The notes under the pieces: model-generated
What the model was told of the DNA's origin: nothing
The model's input: the letters and a program-made list of their open reading frames with translations, nothing else
The model's database searches: none
In this document: in pieces, positions 13,113 through 23,700 of the stretch
How positions within the stretch are numbered: position 1 is the first letter of the stretch
Layout of the letters: each line of letters begins with the position of its first letter
Program-made: the position numbers and the translations under genes
Origin: Daphnia carinata
Taxonomy: Eukaryota
Assembly (NCBI RefSeq): GCF_022539665.2
Contig: NC_081333.1
Location: 10,478,001 to 10,542,000 of the forward strand
Length of the DNA: 64,000 nt
Direction of reading: 5' to 3'

Positions 13113-16100
13113 ATGGAACAAAAGTAATTTTATTTTCCGAGATTTTGATCAATTCTACTCAGTTCTTCTTAGTCTTTAAAACGATGGTGTTGGCATTGGA
13201 TTGAAGTGTTTCAACTATATCCTATGCTTATACAGTAAAAATGAAATTTATGGCGATGTAGGCCAAAGGTTCCACTGTTCATGCATGTATTTTTCAATTT
13301 TACCGATTTTGTTGCAACAAGAACTGACATCGGCGTTATTGGCTTAGCGGTCATGGGTCGAAATTTGGCACTGAACCTGACAGATAAAGGATTTTTTGTC
13401 AGCGTACATAATAGGACAACTCCAGAGGAACGTTTACTACAAGGTAGTTTATTCTTTCAATCTTACTGGAGGCCTACAAGAATGTATTGTGTGATGTTAT
13501 GTCTTGAGTATCTTTTTTTAATTTTTATTTTTAAACCGCATAATTATGGCGAACACTAATTTACCGATAGTGATTCTTTCCAAATGACGATATAATACAC
13601 CATCGACCACATTTTTCGATATTTGGTAGGGATTTGACACAAGTTTCCCAAGCGTTCATAAATATGTTATACGTTTTGTCGGTCTGTCAGTTTGTCATGC
13701 AGCCTCTCTTGAACAGTTTTTTTTGTGTTGCTGACACAGCGACAGAGTGCCTCGCACACGTTTTCCTATTTTTAAATCTTTAGTTAGTGAGGACGCAGCA
13801 AAGAAGCCAACTTTGCTGGTGGCCGCTGCTAGAAGGTGTAACTTGAAAGCATTGTCCCACGTAACGTAACCGTGGTAAACATATAACAGCTAAAAGAGGA
13901 AGTCATACAGGATTTCAATAGGAAATCAGATTTATTTTTTAATTGACCCTAAAGTTTTGTATTAAAGTAAAAGAAACAAAAATTAAGGTTGATGCGCGAA
14001 TAGCACTTTATTTTCTTTAATTTGAATAACGGTTAGTTTAACGAGAAACGACTGGGCTGTACTGTACTAGCGTGCCAGCATGTGGTTTTTCCGCTTACTT
14101 CATAAACTAGCGCGCCAGCACGCAACAGCGGTTGCGCGATGCAAAACTTTTAATAGGAAAAAATTTGAATCCCGACAAAATAAGCCCGACTTTCTGTTTT
14201 TTTACGGTTAATTCAAAAAGTAGTAGCCTAATATAAAAATATACCCCCATTTTCGTGATCAGCGATCAATTTCGAATCGGAATAATGTATTTTTAACTAA
14301 ATCTAGAATTTGACGAAAATTGAAAAAGTGGGAAGGCTATAGCCTTCTCATTTTTACGAAAATCATCAAAAAGCGACATATCTCAGAATTCAATAAAAAC
14401 CACACATTATTTTCAAAATCGTACGCTGATTCTAACTGGCATGTTTATAGCTTAAATTTTTTACCCAAATTTTTTTTTCCTGTTACTTTTATACGCAAAA
14501 TGTGGATTCGGGAAAAATTTTTAACACCAGCCGTTGCTGTAATAAAGCAATCAAACTATAAGCCCCATGTAGTTATAGCGCGAATCGGAATAATGTATTT
14601 TTTATATTGACAGATTACATTTTTCAAAATCCAAATAAATTTCACATCAACACATTATTTTCAAAATCGTTCCTTTTCGTGATTTTTGTTAATTTTTGAA
14701 TCTAAATCATGTATAATTACCTCTATTTATTGATTAAAAAAAAAAGAAAACATCAGGCTTATTTTTCCGGGCTTAAAATTTCTATCGCACCTACTTTTAA
14801 ATTTTAGATTACTCAAAAACCATAAACTCGATGTAAAAACAAAATTCATTTTCGGGATTCTTGTTAAATTTGCAATTAAATCGTATATAGTTATCTATAT
14901 TTATTGATATTATTTCAGAAAAGGAAAAGTCGGGCTTATTTTGCCGGGCTTACTTTGTCGGGCTTATTTTGTTGGGCTTATTTTGTCGGGCTTATTTTCA
15001 AACACAACAATTTGATAAAAGAAGCATACCACTTGGAAGTCTATGATAAATTACGAGTTATACTCAAAATTAAATGACTATTTGAAGGAAATATTTGTTT
15101 TCTCATCAAAGCCGTTATTTTTAAAATATATTGAATGTGCGCTGTACCGTATTAGCGCGCCAGCAAACAATAAAAAATATTTTTGTCTGTCACGATAGTA
15201 GCTTCTGGCGGAGTATCAGGTAATCGAGACAGAGCCCTAATGACAGAACACTCTATTTTAAAAATACGACAGCTTCCTTTGCATGCTAAGCCATTTTGGG
15301 GCATAAAAACTTTGCCTAACACCTGTTCAATAAGAAATAATGATTTTTTAAAATGTGATTAATGAGCTATTGTTTATTCTATTTTATGATCAAAATACTT
15401 AATAGCGAAAAGACGCAGATGTAAGGAATATTATCTGTCCATCAGAGAGGGTTTTGTACATATCAACATATCAACATATGAATTTTAAACGCAAACATCT
15501 TGTTACAGACTTCCTTGAAAATGAAGCAAAACCCTTGGTCAGCGCAGGAAAGCTCATTGGTTTCTTTGACTTACCGTCTTTTGTGGAAGGAATTAAGCCA
15601 CCGAGGCGTATTCTCCTCATGATTAGCGGTAATTGGCATATTCTAACAGTGTTGTCCTCGATGACAGTAGTCTAACTGAAACTTATTCACGTTTTTACAA
15701 TCAATATGAAAAGCCGGACCGCCTGTTGATTCCGTCATTGCAGAATTGGTGCCCCTTCTCGAACAAGGCGATATAATCATGGATGGGGGTAATTCCGAAC
15801 ATGCGGACACTACACGCAGATGCCGGGCCCTCCGCAATATGGGTTTGCATTTTCTAGGGGTTGGTGTTTCGGGTGGAGAGGAGGGTGCTCGACATGGTCC
15901 ATCTATCATGTAATTAGTTTTAGTTGGGATTTTCTTTTTCCTTGTTAATAGCAAAAAATAATACCCTAATAATTAATAAGCAATCCCTTGACAGGCCCGG
16001 AGGAAGTCTTGAAGGATGGCTACATACTAAAAATATTCTGCAAGTATGATTAAGGAAACCGAAGGAATAACTAATATATCCTTGATATTGTGTTTTTCAA

Positions 16101-17540
16101 AGACAAAATATTCTTACGACATGACATTATTTTAGGCCATCTCGGCAAAAGTGGATGGAAAACCATGGTTCGTAGAAACATTAATTTAAATAAGCATTTT
16201 CAATCCATCAACTGTGACTTGCATCCCTACTAAGTTGTTCTTGGATCGGGACGGACACAGCTGGTAATCCTACGTCCTCAGAAGGCGCTGGGCATTTTGT
16301 TAAAACCGTCCACAATGGCATCGGGTATGCCGATATGCAATTACTTGCGGAAGCGTATCACCTGATGAAAGATCTTCTAAACATGGGACCTCCAGATATA
16401 GCTCAGGTATGCCATGCTAAAATAGTTAGTAAGCCAACAATACCCTCTGCGATCCTTTCATTGGTATTGAATAACTAACTAAGAATCAATTTTTTGTTGT
16501 TCGCCGTAGGTATTTGATAGCTGGAACGCTGAAAACCTAGAGTGGCGATTGCTGGAAAACACGGCTGAAATTCTCAGATTTAAGGACGAGTATGGTTAGT
16601 GTACTTGCTGTACATTACCAATAGCTCTTTCTAAATAAACCTTACTTACTTTCAGGTGAGTATCTTATCGACAAAATACGCGATGCAGCTGCCCAGAAAG
16701 GTACGGGTAAGTGGGCCGTGATTGAAGCTGCTAATGCTGGTATACCAGCTAATGTGATTGCGGAGTCAGTTTTCGCAAGATTCATCTCTGCTTCCAAAAA
16801 CGAACGTGTTGCAGCGTCAACACAGCTAGTTGGACCCACTTTGCAGAAGTTCGAAGGTGATCATAGCACAATGATTGATGACATAAGAAAGGTAACGTAA
16901 GCAAACTCCGGTACGTTGGATGGGATTTCCAGGAAGTTAACCGCAACCTTTTTCCTAGAAAGGCTGTCCAAGCGTCGAAAATAATTCTTTACGCTCAAGG
17001 ATTTATGCTTCTTCAGGAAGGTCTACCGAAACTGTTTGGGTGTCATTTAAATTGCGCTGATTTAGCACAAATGTGGAGAGGCGGTTGTGTTATTCGAAGG
17101 TATAATGACTCTTTCCTTTCGTACCTGAAGCATGGAATCATAAATCATATTCCTCTTTCACAGCAAGTTTCTCGATCACGTCAAAAATGCTTTTGTTCTC
17201 AATCCTCAACTAAAGAACTTGATGATGGATGAATATTTCAGCCGGGAGTTGGCTGAGTGCCAACTAGCTTGGCGCCGAGCTACAGTAACAGCCATAAACC
17301 ATGGGATTCCAACGCCAGCGTTCTGTTCAGCGCTCTCTTACTATGACAGCTTTCGATGTCCGCGCCTTCCTGCCAATTTATTACAGGTTCAATTAAGGAT
17401 TATAACATTTTAATGAATTTAATACCACAATTCTTTTTTAAAAGGCTCAGCGCGATTTTTATGGTGCTCATACATTCGAATTACTGGAACATCCTGGCGT
17501 GTTTCTACACAACGATTGGACTGGAGTGAAACCAAAATGA
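13113..17540 (+). CDS. PGD: 6-phosphogluconate dehydrogenase-like, divergent; exons 13113-13123, 13322-13443, 15509-15628, 15714-15909, 15995-16043, 16136-16167, 16235-16406, 16510-16594, 16656-16891, 16963-17099, 17164-17386, 17445-17540
   Basis: [80 protein letters not shown]. The frame is intact across GT-AG introns, but catalytic HNGIEY reads HNGIGY. Confidence 0.93.
14165..14998. mobile_element. Foldback/MITE-like repeat, copy 2, inside PGD intron 2
   Basis: Left end CCCGACAAAATAAGCCCGACTTT is the reverse complement of the right-end AAAGTCGGGCTTATTTTG.. array. It shares ~190 bp and the central palindrome (14329-14350, one mismatch) with copy 1. Confidence 0.7.
14929..14998 (+). repeat. 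Five tandem copies of the 14-mer GTCGGGCTTATTTT
   Basis: Read directly; 0-2 mismatches per unit. Confidence 0.95.
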
Positions 17541-17748
17541 ATTCACCTTCTTGTAATTCTAGGAATTTTTATTAGTACCAAAAAATAGTAATAAAATAAG
17601 CTGAACAGAATTGAAGCAAAGGAATGGTTCATCTTGTAGCAACTAGTAGAAACAGGATTAATACACTGCTCTACTTACAAACCTGTTACCAATAAATCAG
17701 TCACGGGTAGTACTACAGGCGTGAGAATGCTGGTAACATTGGCCGAGA

Positions 17749-20700
17749 TTATCTGCGGTTGCGTCGATTACGAGTACTAAGTCCGTTAGGAGATGACGGT
17801 GCCATGTTAATCAGTGGAGCAAGTCGCTCTGTAAATCGCCGATAGTTTCTCTCCAATTCCTTCTGATAATCCAGTTGATCTGGGCCAATGAGACTCTTAT
17901 TTCTTTTTAAGGCATCACTGCATCTAATATCATGCAAGAAAAAAAAATCCATATTTGCATGAATAAGTAAAGAGTTAACAAAAAATGAAAAAACCAATCA
18001 AGAAACCTTTTTGAGAAATCTTTGAAACAAAGACGCAATTTCAGTTGAAATTTATCTATAACTTTTTCTGGGTCTGCAAGGTCAGACAGGAAAACACTTG
18101 CCACTTCCAATGGCCCTTGGTTCACGGTAGTGCCTAAAAAGCCATCAAGTTTGAGTGTTTTGACAGGGCATCGAAGACCATAGCGAACTTACCAATGCAG
18201 CCTTGTAAAACCATCTGCAAGATCTTCGGGTCAGGTGGCTCTTGAATGGTCGCCAATGCCAGTTCAGTGGTTTTTTTCTGTATATCCTCGATAGCCACTT
18301 CGATAGGCGTTAACACAACCTGAAATCCTCTTGAGGTTAGGAAGCCCAAAGAAAGTTTAGCAAAGACGTTTACCTGATGACGTCCAACGACCTGTATCCG
18401 TGTTTTAACATAAGGAAAATGATTGGCGGTAGTTAGCACTGTTTTGCGCTTGTATTGCTCATGAAGTTCGCCGTGGGCTCGTCCATCCGGAGTGAACGGT
18501 GTGGCGTACATAAATCGCTCTGGGTAAATGTAGAACCATTAAACTCCGCAAATCAGGTTAACAAATATATCTTACTAATATTGAAGTTTCTTTCAAAAAC
18601 CGTTACACGATGTCTGAGTTCAGAGACATCAAAGTATGGCTCCACGTAAGTTATCTGAATGTAAGCGCGCTCTGTGTTCAGTTTCGATACATCCACCGGG
18701 TTCGAATCCTTAATCATAACAACTGCCGCTGCACCAAATCGTTCGCAATAGAAGTTCTAATAAATTAAATGGGTTTCCTGTAGTAAGAATAGCAGCCAGA
18801 AATTTCGACAAATACTTTTGTACCTCGAGACGATGGGAAATCTCCGGCAATTTGGTTAAAGTGGGTTCTTTATAGATGAATTCTTCTCCGTCCAAGTCAC
18901 CAAACTTAGGTCCATAAAAGCCAACCCTAAAATAAGTTCCAAACATTCGCTTGCCGTGTTGTTGTTCAATACGGGTGAAGGCATCATAGAGTTTACTAAT
19001 GACAGAAACATTAGATCGCTAAGCATATAACGCATCTCATCAAGTAGCCATACCTGTGTATGTTTGCCAACTTCTTGAAATCGCGATGGGCTTCAGCGAT
19101 TGGAGTAAGAATTTTATAAACTTCATTCATAGCTTCAAACATTCCACCCTATGCATAAATGAAATGAATATTTACTGTAAAAAAAACTTATAGTACTGAC
19201 TTACAAGTTGGAATGAACTAGCCGCCTGCTCTAGAAGGCCTATAAGGCCGTTTTCAGTAAAGTACTTGCCAGTGCAAAATCCCTCTTCATCTGGACAAAG
19301 TACATCGTCCGAAACAGCACTCTCTTCTACAGCATTGGCTGAAAGACGTTCAAACGGTACCGCTCCAACAGGCAAGTATTTTCGGTCCTCAAGCATACAA
19401 AGGTACTCGGATACCAAGGCGGCACTATGGACGAGACACATGGCCGCTTCAGCGTGGTTACCTCGCTAAAACAAAAAGCAAATGCAGATTAAAAATAAAA
19501 CAGATAACCATACAAGAAAGAAAAATTATTTGAAGCAAAATGCATTTAAATCCACAAATTCCCAGTTTAGAAGGTTTTACCTCGGTATGCTTTTGGGCCA
19601 TGTTGGCTAACCAGGTAAGTCTGAGATCAGGCGAATTCTGATAGCCTTTTGCGATACGGTACATAAGATCAAGAAGCATTTCAGGATCTTCTTGAAACTC
19701 TTTCATTTTCACCGTGTCCGATAAAATCATATGTAAATTAAAGACCAAATCTTGGACCTACCAAGAAAAAGCGTGATTAACAACCTTGATTCTGGACGTT
19801 AAAAACGGTAGCATACCTGTTCGGGGAAAGTGGTATCTTGTAATTCTACGTCCTGCTCGGCATACACCAGAATGGTTTTTAGAGAACGTCTAAGAGCTTC
19901 CTCGTTAAACTGCGCGCTGGTTCCTACTAATGAACTCAAGGACATCGTAACCTGCATCTTTACTCGGGCGAAATTCTGTAAGAAAACCAAGCGATTAGAG
20001 GGAAATGAGAAAAAACCAAACAGTTAAATGGATAAATAATTTTAAAACACTTGATTCCCACGAACGTTTCCAATTTCGAAATTTTGACGCATAAGAAGAT
20101 ATAAAGATGCCGAGGCTTGAGAACGAATGCTGCTGATGCTATTGCTACAATGTCGCAAGAGACGTAGACACAAGTCGGCACACAATTCAGTTTCTTCGTC
20201 AAAAAGCAGCCCTGGGAACTATGGTTTTTAATAAAATATGTTAAAGAATCATTATAAATCAATGAAATATGATTTGTTAAAACTAAATAAGACGCGGTTT
20301 AATAGACACTGCTAACAACCAAACATTCAGCAGGTAAAAATCGAAAAAAAAAAATCAACTGCGAATAAAACTGTGCATCATTCCCTCGCCGCTAGATGGC
20401 TTCGATAAGAAATATGCTAAAACCCCAGTGATGTGATAAAACAATTAAAATAAAAATGTTAAATTTTCTGTTGAAAAATTTGATAAATGAACTGTAGATT
20501 ACTTGTGTTCTTCCAGTAGAATCATGCAGCATAAGCAGCTTTTAGAAAGATCAGGATAAAAACAGAGCAATAATGTTTCAGACGATTTGTAGACCAAGTT
20601 TTATCGCGATTCTAAACCTATAAGTAGCTTGTCTCGTCTGCTATACTATGTCTTGTCAGCCTTCTCTACTCGAACACTAACGGATTACTTGTTAATCGAA

Positions 20701-23700
20701 CAAATTCGGGAGGAAAGTCCCCGGACCTAGGCCAGAAAGTGGCACTCATGAGTGTAGCACCCTGCCTCCAGCAGATATCAAAGGCCAAGATGAACACATG
20801 TTCTAGCTATCTGCGAGCCAGGCAATCGTCAAAGCACAGTAATAGAAGGGGCTGTCTGTCAGCTAACACAACGGGGCTCATTCGACAAGAATTCTCTTTT
20901 TCTACGAACTACTTTTACTGTAAACTTTTACTGCCTTTGTTTCGGGTACTTTTAACGACAAGATATCACTCTCTTTCGCTTACTTCTCCTAGAAATATTT
21001 ACCTTGTATACAAGTGCTCTTTGGGTGGCAAAAGCATTTTGCAGTAAAGCGGTGCTCTGGCAGCATCCCAGTAAGTGAAGGAGAACACGGAGAGCTACCG
21101 GAAGCAGCGACTGCAAGTTATCGTGTTGCGAAACTACCTATATAAATATAGCAAATACACCGATTTAGTTACATAAAATTTCATTTGGGTTTTTTTAACC
21201 AACCTGCACTATAAGCTCCAACGTATCGAGAATGGTAAGACTGGTTTGCGTTGAAAGGTTGCCTTCCATGTAGGTATCCAATTCAACATCCACCCGAGGT
21301 TTTTCCAATGCTTCATTAGCCAATTTCCAGGCTGCTGTATCTTTGCGCCATCGCAACGTCTGTTTGTCAGCGACAGTTACAGATGGATTGGGCGACGGAT
21401 TTCGTTCTTAAAGGAAAAACAAGCGATTTTATAAAGCACTGGTTATACAAGAATAGAAAAATTAGTGTTTATCAGCATTAGCAATAAAATATTAACAACT
21501 ACTGTACATCCATGCGTTACAGTAAATAAAGCATGCCAACAATCTTCGTTATTTTCGTGGTTAGTTTCAACCTTATTTGAGGCAAGCAAAATATGCAATG
21601 AGTGTGCAGTGTGCAATAAGCAGTCAACTGCCAACCTGGTGGGGGTTGTGCGTGGGCAATTCCCGTGTAGAACTGTGAATTTCCCACTACGCTGCTGCTA
21701 CCATTTACCGCTGCTCCTCCAACTTTGGTCACAAAAAAAATATTGATAAAAATGAATATAGCCATCTAACAATACCTTCTAAAATGAGAACTTTACTTTT
21801 GGTAAATCGATCTATAAATTGTGATTCTAAGACGAATGGAGAAAATTTTTTGTTAGCTATTATTACCACGACGACGTAGGATGAGATCAGAGCGGGCAGA
21901 TCCTTGGCCAAGAATGAGGTCCTCTAAGCGCGATTTGACGATTTCTGTAGTTCGACCACCCCGTTGCTGCATGGAACGGAGTATACCGCGTTTACCGCGA
22001 TATTCAAATCCAGAGACGCAGATAAAAAGCAACTCCAAAAGGCGATGAAGTTTGGCCGGATTTAATTCAGACCACCAGTTCCGCAATGGCACTTCTTCAA
22101 CGTGGCGCAGAACCCACAATAGACAAATCAGCAGGTGACGCGTTGTTTCTGCAGATATTTTTCCTTTCACCTAAAGTAACGCACTCAAAATACAATAGGA
22201 AAGAAAAAATAATAAGGCGTACGAAATACCTGGTCTACCGGAATTCCAGCAATAGCCTGTGCAACCGCGAAGTTCACCGTTGAAGAGTCTTGTTCTTCAT
22301 TGCTTCCTTCGACTAGAGGCCTTCCTGTGTTTCACAATGTTTTTTTCCCTTGTTCTTTTAATATGTAATCAATAGTGCATTTTAAAATGGTTTTTGAAAG
22401 ATTAGTTTGTCAGGTGCGAAACCAAATGAAAACTGTGTACTCCTTAAGCAACAGCTCATCCCCGAACGACCTTAATATTAATGTAGCGCACTGATCTTGG
22501 TCTCAAGAAAGCTTTTACTATGAGACAAATTAAAGGATCTGGCGCAAGAATGTCTGCAATAGCAAAGTATTTATACAAGTATATAATTACCTTTGGTTTC
22601 CGAGTTCCAATCAAATAGATGTGGGAGGGCATCAATCAGGACACCAATTAACGGCAAGTACAAAGTAGCCACCCTGGCTTTGCAAGTTGCATCAGAATAT
22701 CTCGGATCCCAATCATGGCTTGTTAATAAATTTCGTACTAAATTTGCTGCCCGTGCATGCAAAGCAGGGCTTCTATAGAACAAACAGCAAAATAAAAATA
22801 TAAACATAATTTAATCAACGGAAACTTCTAGTTTTACTAACTGCAATTCAAAGACGGCGGCAAGTTCAGAAAGGATCAAACCGATGAGGAAGTGTTGTTG
22901 GCGAAATTCACCTGTTAGCTCGGCAAAGCGTGCCGAGCTAGACACACCAACTAAAGTGGAAACAAAAGATGATTGGCTGTTTGAAGAAGATACGGATGGT
23001 GAAGGTGACGGTGATGAAGCAGTCGAACTGCATAGCGGTGTTGAATAGGGCAAGTTAAGCGCGACGAAGTGCTCGTGACTGCATATTACGCGCAAGAAGT
23101 CCAGCTGCGCAGAAATATTTATTATAATAAAATGTTTGTTTATCTGATAACAAAAAAACACGGTTACCTTTAGACTTGTGATGTGCGGTATTTCGTTCTA
23201 GAAATTGAAGAAAATTGTTTCGTTACGGTAAAACAGATTCTTAACAATAAAACACATGAATTACTGGATAAAGTGCCTTGTCTTCTGCCAGCGTACGGAT
23301 ATAGGAACGAATCAGAGAGAAAACAAAACCTCGGTCCATAACAGAAAGCAGATCATGAAGAAAAAACGAGAGATGAATGTTCAATAAAAGCGCACTCTGA
23401 AAAACAAATGTAATTAAATAAACCAATTACATCTGTTCGAGATTATAACGAATACCTTCGATTCACCACCATCACGTCTTTGCCTTGATAAAATTTCGGC
23501 GGTAACCAATGATACTAACCGCCCTATGTCTTCTAAGAAACGCTCCGGAAATCTTTGCTTCCGTGGAGAATCTAACTTCTGTGTTGAACCCAAGTACTCC
23601 ACCATACTTTTCACCATCAGCTCAAAAAAGAACCTGTTGTTTCAGCGATAGAATATATATGATCGATTTCGATTTTACGTTGAATAACGTACCATGCGTT

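Noticed and set aside
14320..14610. 96-aa ORF in the repeat, as a possible transposase
   Set aside because: AT-rich, no recognisable motif, lies in a non-coding palindromic repeat.
14929..14998. Short repeat array as CRISPR-like
   Set aside because: Head-to-tail 14-mers without spacers, in a eukaryotic context.
16264..16281. 18-nt GT...AG segment in the PGD insertion, as a mini-intron
   Set aside because: Far below the spliceosomal minimum; treated as coding.
22410..22424. C/D-box guide reading of TGGTTTCGC..CTGA (complementary to 28S GCGAAACCA)
   Set aside because: Only ~9 bp of pairing and no good C box; the H/ACA fold explains the region better.
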